Source: Camelus dromedarius (lineage: Eukaryota). Taken from it: DNA of 64,000 nt. This document shows, piece by piece, positions 38,451 through 50,999 of the stretch (position 1 is the first letter of the stretch; each line of letters starts with the position of its first letter). The DNA lies in assembly GCF_036321535.1 (NCBI RefSeq), contig NC_087437.1, positions 930,001 through 994,000 on the forward strand, given 5' to 3'. Both the position numbers and the translations under genes were made by a program. Below the pieces are notes generated by a model. It searched no databases, was not told where the DNA came from, and worked only from the letters and a program-made list of their open reading frames with translations.

Positions 38451-41400
38451 TTTCTCAGTCTGTTTCCTAGTGCCGGTTTGAAGTTCCTGCAGTTTTCACT
38501 ATCAAACCGAGTTGGAGCTAGTACCTCCCCATATATATGTATGGAATGGAGTTTGCAACTGAAAAGAAACTTGGTGTTCCCAACAAGCTAGGTGAAGGAC
38601 GGCTTTCACACACACTTATCTCTCAGAACAGAGCAAGTGGAGAGACGTTCGTTCATCTAGCACCAAGGGAATGGGTTGCAGGAGACACATTTTCTCTGCT
38701 TTCTGAGTCTGTTTCCTAGTGCTGGTTTGAAGTTCCTGCAGTTTTCACTGTCAAACCGAGTTGGAGCTAGTACCTCCTTATATATATGTATGGAATGGAG
38801 TTTGCAACTGAAAAGAAACTTTGTGTTCCCAACAAGCTAGGTGAAGGACGGCTTTCACACACACTTATCTCTCAGAACTGAGCAAGTGGAGAGACGTTCG
38901 TTCATCTAGCACCAAGGGAACGGGTTGCAGGAGACAGTTTTTCTCTGCTTTCTCAGTCTGTTTCCTAGTGCCGGTTTGAAGTTCCTGCAGTTTTCACTGT
39001 CAAAACGAGTTGGAGCTAGTACCTCCCCATATATATGTATGGAATGGGGTTTGCAACTGAAAAGAATCTTGGTGTTCCCAACAAGCTAGGTGAAGAACGG
39101 CTTTCACACACAATTATCTCTCAGAACTGAGCAAGTGTAGAGACGTTCGTTCATCTAGCACCAAGGGAACGGGTTGCAGGAGACACTTTTTCTCTGCTTT
39201 CTCAGTCTGTTTCCTAGTGCCGGTTTGAAGTTCCTGCAGTTTTCACTGTCAAACCGAGTTGGAGCTTGTACCTCCCCATATAAATGTATGGAATGGAGTT
39301 TGCAACTGAAAAGAAACTTTGTGTTCCCAACAAGCTAGGTGAAGGACGGCTTTCACACACACTTATCTCTCAGAACTGAGCAAGTGGAGAGAGGTTCGTT
39401 CATCTAGCACCAAGGGAACGGGTTGCAGGAGACACTTTTTCTCTGCTTTCTCAGTCTGTTTCCTAGTGCCGGTTTGAAGTTCCTGCAGTTTTCACTGTCA
39501 AACCGAGTTGGAGCTAGTACCTCCCCATATATATGTATGGAATGGAGTTTGCAACTGAAAAGAAACTTTGTGTTCCCAACAAGCTAGTTGAAGGACGGCT
39601 TTCACACACACTTATCTCTCAGAACTGAGCAAGTGCAGAGACGTTCGTTCATCTAGCACCAAGGGAACGGGTTGCAGGAGACACTTTTTCTCTCATTCTC
39701 AGTCTGTTTCCTAGTGCCGGTTTGAAGTTCCTGCAGTTTTCACTGTCAAACCGAGTTGGAGCTAGTACCTCCCCATATATATGTATGGAATGGAATTTGC
39801 AACTGAAAAGAAACTTGGTGTTCCCAACAAGCTAGGTGAAGGACGGCTTTCACACACACTTATCTCTCAGAACAGAGCAAGTGGAGAGACGTTCGTTCAT
39901 CTAGCACCAAGGGAACGGGTTGCAGGAGACACTTTTTCTCTGCATTCTCAGTCTGTTTCCTAGTGCCGGTTTGAAGTTCCTGCAGTTTTCACTGTAAAAC
40001 CGAGTTAGAGCTTCTACCTCCCCATATATATGTATGGAATGGAGTTTGCAACTGAAAAGAAACTTTGTGTTCCCAAAAAGCTAGGTGAAGGACGGCTTTC
40101 ACACACACTTATCTCTCAGAACTGAGCAAGTGGAGAGACGTTCGTTCATCTAGCACCAAGGGAACGGGTTGCAGGAGACACATTTTCTCTGCTTTCTCAG
40201 TCTGTTTCCTAGTGCTGGTTTGAAGTTCCTGCAGTTTTCACTGTCAAACCGAGTTGGAGCTAGTACCTCCTTATATATATGTATGGAATGGAGTTTGCAA
40301 CTGAAAAGAAACTTTGTGTTCCCAACAAGCTAGGTGAAGGACGGCTTTCACACACACTTATCTCTCAGAACTGAGCAAGTGGAGAGACGTTCGTTCATCT
40401 AGCACCAAGGGAACGGGTTGCAGGAGACACTTTTTCTCTGCTCTCTCAGTATATTTCCTAGTGCCGGTTTGAATTTCTTGCAGTTTTCACTGTCAAACCG
40501 AGTTGGAGCTAGTACCTCCCCATATATATGTATGGAATGGAGTTTGCAACTGAAAAGAAACTTTGTGTTCCCAACAAGCTAGGTGAAAGACGGCATTCAC
40601 ACACACTTATCTCTCAGAACTGAGCAAGTGGAGAGACGTTCGTTCATCTAGCACCAAGGGAACGGGTTGCAGGAGACACTTTTTCTCTGCTTTCTCAGTC
40701 TCTTTCCTAGTGCCGGTTTGATGTTCCTGCAGTTTTCACTGTAAAACCGAGTTGGAGCTAGTAACTCCCCATATAAATGTATGGAATGGAGTTTGCAACT
40801 GAAAAGTAACTTTGTGTTCCCAACAAGCTAGGTGAAGGACGGCTTTCACACACACTTATCTCTCAGAACTGAGCAAGTGGAGAGACGTTCGTTCATCTAG
40901 CACCAAGGGAACGGGTTGCAGGAGACACTTTTTCTCTGCTTTCTCAGTCTGTTTCCTAGTGCCGGTTTGAAGTTCCTGCAGTTTTCACTGTCAAACCGAG
41001 TTGGAGCTAGTACCTCCCCATATATATGAATGGAATGGAGTTTGCAACTGAAAAGAAACTTTGTGTTCCCAACAAGCTAGGTGAAGGACGGCTTTCACAC
41101 ACACTTATCTCTCAGAACTGAGTAAGTGGAGAGACGTTCGTTCATCTAGCACCAAGGGAACGGTTTGCAGGAGACACTTTTTCTCTGCTTTCTCAGTCTG
41201 TTTCCTAGTGCCGGTTTGAAGTTCCTGCAGTTTTCACTGTCAAACAGAGTTGGAAATAGTACCTCCTCATATATATGTATGGAATGTAGTTTGCAACAGA
41301 AAAGAAACTTTGTGTTCCCAACAAGCTAGGTGAAGGACGGCTTTCACACACACTTATCTCTCAGAACTGAGCAAGTGGAGAGACGTTCGTTCATCTAGCA

Positions 41401-44400
41401 CCAAGGGAACGGGTTGCAGGAGACACTTTTTCTCTGCTTTCTCAGTCTGTTTCCTAGTGCCGGTTTGAAGTTCCTGCAGTTTTCACTGTCAAACCGAGTT
41501 GGAGCTAGTACCTCCCCATATATATGTATGGAATGGAGTTTGCAACTGAAAAGAAACTTTGTGTTCCCAACAAGCTAGGTGAAGGGCGGCTTTCACACAC
41601 ACTTATCTCTCAGAACTGAGCAAGTGGAGAGACGTTCGTTCATCTAGCACCAAGGGAACGGGTTGCAGGAGACACATTTTCTCTGCTTTCTCAGTCTGTT
41701 TCCTAGTGCCGGTTTGAAGTTCCTGCAGTTTTCACTGTCAAACAGAGTTGGAAATAGTACCTCCCCATATATATGTATGGAATGGAGTTTGCAACTGAAA
41801 AGAAACTTTGTGTTCCCAACAAGTAAGGTGAAGGACAGCTTTCACACAAACTTATCTCTCAGAACTGAGCAAGTGGAGAGACGTTCGTTCATCTAGCACC
41901 AAGGGAACGGGTTGCAGGAGACACTTTTTCTCTGCTTTCTCAGTCTGTTTCCTAGTGCCGGTTTGAAGTTCCTGCAGTTTTCACTGTCAAACCGAGTTGG
42001 AGCTAGTACCTCCCCATATATATGTATGGAATGGAGTTTGCAACTGAAAAGAAACTTTGTGTTCCCAACAAGCTATGTGAAGGACGGCTTTCACACACAC
42101 TTATCTCTCAGAACAGAGCAAGTGGAGAGACGTTCGTTCATCTAGCACCAAGGGAACGGGTTGCAGGAGACACTTTTTCTCTGCTTCTCAGTCTGTTTCC
42201 TAGTGCCGGTTTGAAGTTCCTGCAGTTTTCACTGTCAAACCGAGTTGGAGCTAGTACCTCCCCATATATATGTATGGAATGGAGTTTGCAACTGAATAGA
42301 AACTTTGTGTTCCCAACAAGCTAGGTGAAGGACGGCTTTCACACACACTTATCTCTCAGAACTGAGCAAGTGGAGAGACGTTCGTTCATCTAGCACAAAG
42401 GGAACGGGTTGCAGGAGACACTTTTTCTCTGTTTCTCAGTCTGTTTCCTAGTGCCGGTTTGAAGTTCCTGCAGTTTTCACTGTAAAACCGAGTTAGAGCT
42501 TCTACCTCCCCATATATATGTATGGAATGGAGTTTGCAACTGAAAAGAAACTTTGTGTTCCCAACAAGCTAGGTGAAGGACGGCTTTCACACACACTTAT
42601 CTCTCAGAACTGAGCAAGTGGAGAGACGTTCGTTCATCTAGCACCAAGGGAACGGGTTGCAGGAGACACATTTTCTCTGCTTTCTCAGTCTGTTTCCTAG
42701 TGCTGGTTTGAAGTTCCTGCAGTTTTCACTGTCAAACCGAGTTGGAGCTAGTACCTCCTTATATATATGTATGGAATGGAGTTTGCAACTGAAAAGAAAC
42801 TTTGTGTTCCCAACAAGCTAGGTGAAGGACGGCTTTCACACACACTTATCTCTCAGAACTGAGCAAGTGGAGAGACGTTCGTTCATCTAGCACCAAGGGA
42901 ACGGGTTGCAGGAGACACTTTTTCTCTGCTTTCTCAGTCTGTTTCCTAGTGCCGGTTTGAAGTTCCTGCAGTTTTCACTGTCAAAACGAGTTGGAGCTAG
43001 TACCTACCCATATATATGTATGGAATGGGGTTTGCAACTGAAAAGAATCTTGGTGTTCCCAACAAGCTAGGTGAAGAACGGCTTTCACACACAATTATCT
43101 CTCAGAACTGAGCAAGTGTAGAGACGTTCGTTCATCTAGCACCAAGGGAACGGGTTGCAGGAGACACTTTTTCTCTGCTCTCTCAGTATGTTTCCTAGTG
43201 CCGGTTTGAATTTCTTGCAGTTTTCATTGTCAAACCGAGTTGGAGCTAGTACCTCCCCATATATATGTATGGAATGGAGTTTGCAACTGAAAAGAAACTT
43301 TGTGTTCCCAACAAGCTAGGTGAAGGACGGCTTTCACACACACTTATCTCTCAGAACCGAGCAAGTGGAGAGACGTTCGTTCATCTAGCACCAAGGGAAC
43401 GGGTTGCAGGAGACACTTTTTCTCTGCTTTCTCAGTCTGTTTCCTAGTGCCGGTTTGAAGTTCCTGCAGTTTTCACTGTCAAACCGAGTTGGAGCTAGTA
43501 CCCCCCCATATAAATGTATGGAATGGAGTTTGCAACTGAAAAGAAACTTTGTGTTCCCAACAACCTAGGTGAAGTACGGCATTCACACACAATTATCTCT
43601 CAGAATCGAGCAAGTGGAGAGACGTTCGTTCATCTAGCACCAAGGGAACGGGTTGCAGGAGACACTTTTTCTCTGCTTTCTCAGTCTGTTTCCTAGTGCC
43701 GGTTTGAAGTTCCTGCAGTTTTCACTGTCAAACCGAGTTGGAGCTAGTACCTCCCCATATATATGTATGGAATGGAGTTTGCAACTGAAAAGAAACTTTG
43801 TGTTCCCAACAAGCTAGTTGAAGGACGGCTTTCACACACACTTTTCTCTCAGAACTGAGCAAGTGCAGAGACGTTCGTTCATCTAGCACCAAGGGAACGG
43901 GTTGCAGGAGACACTTTTTCTCTGCTTCTCAGTCTGTTTCCTAGTGCCGGTTTGAAGTTCCTGAAGTTTTCACTGTCAAACCGAGTTGGAGCTAGCACCT
44001 CCCCATATATATGTATGGAATGGAGTTTGCAACTGAAAAGAAACTTTGTGTTCCCAACAAGCTAGGTGAAGGACGGCTTTCACACACACTTATCTCTCAG
44101 AACTGAGCAAGTGGAGAGACGTTCGTTCATCTAGCACAAAGGGAACGGGTTGCAGGAGACACTTTTTCTCTGCATTCTCAGTCTGTTTCCTAGTGCCGGT
44201 TTGAAGTTCCTGCAGTTTTCACTGTAAAATCGAGTTAGAGCTTCTACCTCCCCATATATATGTATGGAATGGAGTTTGCAACTGAAAAGAAACTTTGTGT
44301 TCCCAACAAGCTAGGTGAAGGACGGCTTTCACACACACTTATCTCTCAGAACTGAGCAAGTGGAGAGACGTTCGTTCATCTAGCACCAAGGGAACGGGTT

Positions 44401-46084
44401 GCAGGAGACACATTTTCTCTGCTTTCTCAGTCTGTTTCCTAGTGCTGGTTTGAAGTTCCTGCAGTTTTCACTGTCAAACCGAGTTGGAGCTAGTACCTCC
44501 TTATATATATGTATGGAATGGAGTTTGCAACTGAAAAGAAACTTTGTGTTCCCAACAAGCTAGGTGAAGGACGGCTTTCACACACACTTATCTCTCAGAA
44601 CTGAGCAAGTGGAGAGACGTTCGTTCATCTAGCACCAAGGAACGGGTTGCAGGAGACACTTTTTCTCTGCTCTCTCAGTATGTTTCCTAGTGCCGGTTTG
44701 AATTTCTTGCAGTTTTCACTGTCAAACCGAGTTGGAGCTAGTACCTCCCCATATATATGTATGGAATGGAGTTTGCAACTGAAAAGAAACTTTGTGTTCC
44801 CAACAAGCTAGGTGAAGGACGGCATTCACACACACTTATTTCTCAGAACCGAGCAAGTGGAGAAACGTTCGTTCATCTAGCACCAAGGGAACGGGTTGCA
44901 GGATACACTTTTTCTCTGCTTTCTCAGTCTGTTTATTAGTACCGGTTTGAAGTTCCTGCAGTTTTCACTGTCAAACCGAGTTGGAGCTAGTACCTCCCCA
45001 TATAAATATATGGAATGGAGTTTGCAACTGAAAAGAAACTTTGTGTTCCCAACAAGCTAGGTGAAGGACGGCTTTCACACACACTTATCTCTCAGAACTG
45101 AGCAAGTGGAGAGACGTTCGTTCATCTAGCACCAAGGGAACGGGTTGCAGGAGACACTTTTTCTCTGCTTTCTCAGTCTGTTTCCTAGTGCCGGTTTGAA
45201 GTTCCTGCAGTTTTCACTGTCAAACCGAGTTGGAGCTAGTACCTCCCCATATATATGTATGGAATGGAGTTTGCAACTGAAAAGAAACTTGGTGTTCCCA
45301 ACAAGCTAGGTGAAGGGCGGCTTTCACACACACTTATCTCTCAGAACCGAGCAAGTGGAGAGACGTTCGTTCATCTAGCACCAATGGGACGGGTTGCAGG
45401 AGACAATTTTTCTCTGCTTCTCAGTCTGTTTCCTAGTTCCGGTTTGAATTTCCTGCAGTTTTCACTGTCAAACCGAGTTGGAGCTAGTACCGCCCCATAT
45501 ATATGTATGGAATGGAGTTTGCAACTGAAAAGAAACTTTGTGTTCACAACAAGCTATGTGAAGGACGGCTGTGCAGTTGGAAAAGTGGGTGTCTGGTCTC
45601 AACCCAATGTCAAGGGAGGCCTCAGGGTGGAAGTATTCAGACCCACTGTCTGCACCCAAGGTCCCATCTGCATGACCACATATGTGTGAAATCAGTATAG
45701 ATGTAAACTTATCTGATTGTGAGTGTGCGAGAGACAGAGATGGAGAAAGACATACTGAGAGACACAGAGACTGAGACATAAGAACCAAATCATTCATGAT
45801 AGTCACCTCTGTGGGTGGGAATTACAAATCTCTTCTCTTTTAGGCAATATTTCAATTTTTTGTACTGTGTCTATATTACTCTACTAATTCTAAAAGGATT
45901 AAAATCCTATCTTAATGTGACCCATTCATTACTCATCCTGTAATTAAAGTACATTAATCCTATTTTTAAAAGAATTTAAAGTCTTCTCAGGACGCAGTTC
46001 CATGTCAGCTCCATGGCAGCAGAGGTTCTCCAGGAGGTCGTGTCTCTTCTGAATCAGCATCCAAAGAGGTGAGGAAGAAGTACC

Positions 46085-46360
46085 AGACTTGGACACTTAA
46101 GACTACAATAGATTAGAGATTCTGTTGAGAGAAACTAAGACCTACATTCACAGAGAATAATCCCATATTCATGGAGCAGAAGGCTTCATTCTACTTAGAT
46201 GACAATAGTCCACGAATAGATCTAAGGATTCAAAGAATGCCTACCCAAATCCCAGGTGGTGTTTTGCAGGAATTGACAATCAATCTAAAAGTCATGTGGT
46301 AAATCCAGGGGCTCAGAATACATGAGTGAATGTTGAAAAAGAAAACAAAGTTCGAGGAAT
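46085..46360 (+). mobile_element. Old LINE-1 (L1M-type) ORF2 fragment
   Basis: cccatattcatgg...atagatctaaggattcaa...aaatccca...ggaattgacaa...tctaaaagtcatgtgg...ttgaaaaagaaaacaaagttcgagga follows the L1 ORF2 consensus (CCATGTTCATGG...AAAATCCCA...GAAATTGACAAG...AAGAACAAAGTTGGAGGA) as recalled; heavily decayed. Confidence 0.8.
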
Positions 46361-47044
46361 GGAAAGTCAGATGGAACCCATGGTTAATACAAAAGCACTT
46401 TAAGCTGAAGACACCTGAGATTCAATAGATGTAGAAGAAAACCTGTCATGGAAGCCAATTCTCTCCTCTCCCTTTGCCCTATTAAGTTAGGTTGATAAAA
46501 AAGGCTTTAACTTTCACCATTTAACATGGTACTTACTTTTCTGGTTGGCTCCTGCTTGTGTATAAATAAACCGTTTCTCTCGTTCATCTCCTCCTTACTT
46601 CTGTGTGCCCTTTGGGAGGGACTCTGGATGATGGGGACCTGCTCTTTTCTCACCTTCTTTAGTGACATCTTTTGTCCATGGTGAAGTGCTTAAAACAAAA
46701 AGGCTCATTGGTTTTGGGTCAGATTTGGAACATGTAAACCTTTGGAGAACCCCTGGAGGTACAAGGGGGTTCAATACTGCTGGGAGAATTTACTTGTCCA
46801 AATACCTAACAAGATACAATTTGCATAGTTGTTTGTTTTTTTTTTTTTTTAAAGATTCTTACCCTAAAACAAATACCCTATCTAAACCTCTTGGATGATC
46901 AAATAGAAAGAAAAAAGAGAATCATGTCTGGCCTAAGAACTCTTCCTTAATAAAATGGAAGGACAGAATCAGATTCAGAGCAAAAAGTAAAATCCATTTA
47001 TACCATCAACCCTCCCACTCTTTTGTACACTGTCTTCATGTAAT

Positions 47045-47060
47045 CTGCCAGATGGCGCCC
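47045..47060 (+). promoter_or_regulatory. Candidate CTCF core motif
   Basis: CTGCCAGATGGCGCCC matches the CCASYAGRKGGCRS core except at two 5' positions. Motif only; binding not shown. Confidence 0.45.
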
Positions 47061-47679
47061 TGGAGAAGGCCCTTTGCCCGGAACTCGTGCTCATTTTCAG
47101 AGCTCTGCCAAGAATGAGGTTGGTCCCCAGGGCCTGAGAGGGGCTACTTGTGAAATCTTCTCTGCTGAGACCCACCGGACTGAAGGGAACTGTGTGCTCT
47201 GAGGGAGAGAGAGCACACCAAGCCTCTGTGGAGGCATCTCTGACATCATTCCAAAGGCACACAGCTCTAACTGTGGGCATGGGAATTTTTGAGTGGCATC
47301 TTAGATGGAAATCTCCTCCTGGATAGAAAGAAGCAGATTCAAGATGTTGCAATTGGATGGGCAGGTCGGCCTCTCGAATTTGTCGATGAGAAGGACACGC
47401 AATTCACTGCAGAATTAGGAACACCCATCCCTGCTCTGCTGACTTCATCTACAGAGAAACAGAGACGCGGCTCTAGGGGGAATTAAACACCCACCAACCC
47501 TTCTTACCGATGTCAACGTCCCCACTTTATTCTCCTTTCAGGTCTCTGCACAAAAACTGTGGCTCAGCCCCAAATATCACATAACCATCACCCTGAACCA
47601 CTCTGTGTCTGTGTCCAACTCGAGCATTAAGGCCTGTTACCATTACTGTCAAATCGTGTCCCCCTTTCAGCCCGTCTCC

Positions 47680-48300
47680 CGCCATCATCCCAGCCCAACC
47701 TCGGTGTCTCTCTCCAGGTCAGCAGCACTCTTCCCATTGGCTTCCCATCAGCTTACCTTGCCCTGCTTCCATTGCTTATTCCACATATATTACCCACAAC
47801 GGTCTTATTAAATTATGAATCGGAACAAGCTGTTCCGCTTTGCAAAATAATCTCGTAATTTTCCATTGTATTCAGAAGGATATCCAGAGTCCCTACCAAG
47901 GCCCTGTGTGATCCGGTCCCTCACCCGTCTCTGCAGCCTCAGTTCTCACCGTTCTGCTCCAGCCCATCTTCAACGCCCAGATGGTCCCCACCAGGAGAGC
48001 TGTGTTTGTAACTCCAAGTCTCGTACCTACACTTCTCCCGGCCTGGGAGGCTTTTCTTGTCTGTTACCTATGTGGCTTATTCTTTTGCTTCATTCAGGAC
48101 TTTGTTCAAATTATTTTACCCTCAGAGAGGACTTACCTGACCACATTATTTAAAATAGCACGCACATATTTCCTATTCAATCATTTTCTCTCCTAATATG
48201 CTTTATGTTTCTTTCTGGCAATTATTAGAACCTGGCAGTACGTCATATATTTATTTGCTTACTGGTTTATTGTCTGTCATTCTTACTAGACCTATATTCA
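47680..48300 (+). mobile_element. LINE-2 (L2) 3' region remnant
   Basis: Typical L2 strings: ccctaccaaggccctgtgtgatccgg, ttcattcaggactttgttcaaa, ctcagagaggacttacctgaccac...tttaaaatagca, tttattgtctgtc...actaga. Confidence 0.75.
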
Positions 48301-48616
48301 TGGAACCACAAAGAACTTTTAACCAGTAACTTTCAAAACGCCTTTAAATGAATTCTTTTATAGGATGAGAATTTCAGATGCTTCCACGGGTTGCTTAGGG
48401 GAAAAAAGAGAAAGGATTCAGGTTGAACTAGGTTATTAAGGACCTGGGAGTTGGTTATTTATTTTATACATAGTAGTGTGTATCTGTTAATCCCAAACTC
48501 CTAATCTAGCAAAAGACTGAGCTGACTACTATTTTTAAAAGACATTTTTTTCTTTTTAAACTTGGGTTCTTTGAGATCTCTTTTCTTATTTGTTATTTTT
48601 CTTTTATTGTAAAGAC

Positions 48617-48699
48617 TTTTTCTTATTATATTTTTACACTGAGGTACTGCGAATTGAACCCAGCATGTACTCTACCCCTTCAACTATACCATCCCCTCC
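48617..48699 (-). mobile_element. Short tRNA-derived SINE resembling the camelid Vic-1 type, internally deleted
   Basis: Minus strand reads ggaggggatGGTATAGTTGAAGGGGTAGAGtacatgctgGGTTCAATTCgcagtacctc followed by an A-rich tail, i.e. Pol III A and B boxes. It is flanked by aaagac at 48611-48616 and 48700-48705 (possible TSD). Family name is from memory. Confidence 0.75.
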
Positions 48700-49719
48700 A
48701 AAGACAATTATTTTTATACTTTGACAATACCATATTGAATTAAGATTTTTTGTTCCATTTTCCCTTCATAGAGTTTATAACTGAGGGAGAGAGTCAGAGG
48801 AAGCCCTGGGCCATCCTTTCCTTCCAGCGGGTCACTACACAGCAGAGGAGCTTGGCTGTTTCCAGGCCCAGCTCACCTTTCTGCTCTGAGGGCCTACTCA
48901 GGCCACTTCTCTAAACAGCGGCATGTTAGAAGCAGCAGAAAGCCAACTAGCGAGCAACAATGACAAAACTGACCCACCTGCAGTTGGACATCATCTGATC
49001 TGAAATGACCCTCTTAAAGCTCTTCTTCCTATTAGTGGATGGTTTTCAAAAATATTCCCAAGGAAATGAATCTCACTCTATTTTTCTGGATTTCTTGGGA
49101 CTTCTATTACTTTAACTGCAGGCTTGATTTTCTGCAGAACATCTGTAGGGAAGCCAGGCAGAACATGTGAACAGACCCTGAAGGTCACGGCTGAGGCCTC
49201 CGGTCAAAACATCCTTGTTGTGCAGAGCGTACGTTCATGGGACCATTTTCATGACTGCTGTAATTAGTTCTCATCCAAGTGTCCCACCTAAAATGTTTCT
49301 AGATAGAAGGTGGTCTGACGCAGGTGAGCAGTGGGGATGTGGGATGCAGATGGCAGACAGACTGGAAGGAGAGAAGTGAAATGTTTCTTCAGGCTTCAGT
49401 TTGGAAGATTTCTGATTTTTATATGGACATTAAAGTTGGTCAGGCTGAAGCACCGTTTGTTCTAAGACGGGGTGATGTACACGTATCCCTACAACTTCTA
49501 AAAAATATGTTGAAGCTGGACGTGACAGCCTAGGGGACAGACAGCTTAGAGTGACACCTCCGTTCCAGGCTGCCTATGATCTCGGGCTCACAAAGAGGAA
49601 AAGTATACACATATTTTTCCTGTGTAGTTCTATGTGAAATTATTTTGACCCTTGCCGGATGGTGTAAGATCAGACATCATGTAGTCTTTCTTACATCGCA
49701 AAGACGACAATTCTTGATG

Positions 49720-50690
49720 AGTCAGCAGACTATTTCCGATGGCCCGGGGTCTGTGCCAGACATTAGCTGTCTAGACAAATACCACACAGCCCCCATCCCT
49801 CAAGGAGATCACAGTGTGTCATGGAAGAGACAAATTTAAATAGGTTTTCAAAACAATGTGTTAAGATTCACTTGGCATCATGTTTACTGTATGTTCAGAG
49901 GGGCTTTTGCACTGCCTGGGGCAGGGTTCTAGAAGGTAGGGAAGGTGTCAGAGAGGAAATGCTTTCTGCACTGACATCTGAAGGATTCCAGCAAATCTGT
50001 AGACCAGGAGAGTGCGTGGTGGGGACGGGATTCTCAGCAGCTTGCGTGTCTCGTGCAGAGGTCTGGTCATGTCTAACAGCACTTTGCAATTAGGGAAGGA
50101 AGGTCAGTGAGGCTAGAGGCTGTGAGGAACTAACGGAAGCTGAGGCTGTAAAAAAGCAGCAACTAGGTTATGAGAAGGTGTGACGTTAAATCAGAGAGCG
50201 GGGACTTCCTCACATACGCAGCGGGGAATTCTTTGGGGTTTTAAGGAGGAGAGTGACACAAATTTGTCATTAAAAGTGAGCAAAGTGGATTGTTCACTCT
50301 AAAGAACAGCACTGGGCAGACTAGCAAGGGGTGGGAATTAATGCAGTGGGGAGCGAGGAGCAGGGACTTAGTTGGGGGACATTAAGGAATAGAATTGTAG
50401 TACTGACGGGGGTGAGGGAGTGGAAAAGTAAAGGAAAACTCCCAGATGTTTGGCACGGAAAACAGAAGGGATAGTGATGCCGTTGTTTGAAAATGTAAAC
50501 CTAGGTCTGAGCGAGTGTAAATCAAAACATACAGAGCTTGAGATTTTTATGGGCTAATAAAATGGGAATGTCTAGTTGTCAATTATACGTATATTTCTGG
50601 GACTGAACTGAGATGCCCATGCTGGAAAAGATTTGACAGTTAATCAGTGGACAGAGAGCAGTTGAAGCCACGGGAATAAATGCCACCCAC
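49720..50690 (-). mobile_element. LINE-2 (L2) remnant
   Basis: Purine-rich antisense L2 pattern: ctgtgccagacatt...ccctcaaggagatcacagt...ggaagagaca, ggggttttaaggaggagagtgaca, ggatagtgatgccgtt, gcagttgaagccacgggaataaatg. Ends are approximate. Confidence 0.65.
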
Positions 50691-50819
50691 TGACAGTTTA
50701 ACAAAGGAAGGGGAAGCAGGGCACTTCTGGTTCAGAAAATATGGCAGACCAGAAACTTGAAGACCCACTCACTAAAGACACATAAAAAAGTAGGACAAAA
50801 TGCCGCCAATCTTTTCTTG

Positions 50820-50990
50820 TTTTTTTACAGGCACGTTTATTGTCGTATGATTCCTGTACAGTAAAATACACATATTTCACATGTTCAATTTGATGAATTT
50901 GATAAATGTCTACACCTAGAAAACCATCACCACTATCAAGATAGCTAACATTTCCATCACTCCCCAAGACGGGCACTTTTTGAATCCCCA
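50820..50990 (-). mobile_element. Old L1 (L1MB-like) 3' end
   Basis: tttattgtcgtatgatt...tacagtaaaatacacatat...ttcaatttgatgaattt...accatcaccactatcaagatagctaacatttccatcactccc is the antisense L1MB 3' terminus pattern. Confidence 0.75.
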
Positions 50991-50999
50991 TATTTATCC

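Larger units (their letters stand above)
1..45570. repeat. Tandem satellite DNA array, ~249-bp monomer, ~183 copies, runs off the left end of the window; probably (peri)centromeric or other constitutive heterochromatin
   Basis: Seen directly. The unit ttgtgttcccaacaagctaggtgaaggacggctttcacacacacttatctctcagaactgagcaagtggagagacgttcgttcatctagcaccaagggaacgggttgcaggagacac...ggaatggagtttgcaactgaaaagaaact recurs every 248-249 bp in one orientation, with a few substitutions per copy. There is one PstI (CTGCAG) and usually one MspI (CCGG) site per monomer. Centromeric location is inference only. Confidence 0.99.

Noticed and set aside
1..45570. CRISPR array or tandem RNA-gene cluster (5S, tRNA, snRNA)
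   Set aside because: There are no unique spacers, since the whole unit repeats. I saw no convincing Pol III boxes or resemblance to a known RNA gene, and the context is mammalian.
86..45700. Dozens of near-identical 60-144 aa ORFs (MYGMEFATEKK..., MCVKAVLHLAC...)
   Set aside because: They are chance frames of the satellite monomer that open or close with single variants. There is no recognisable domain or gene structure; they were used only as periodicity markers.
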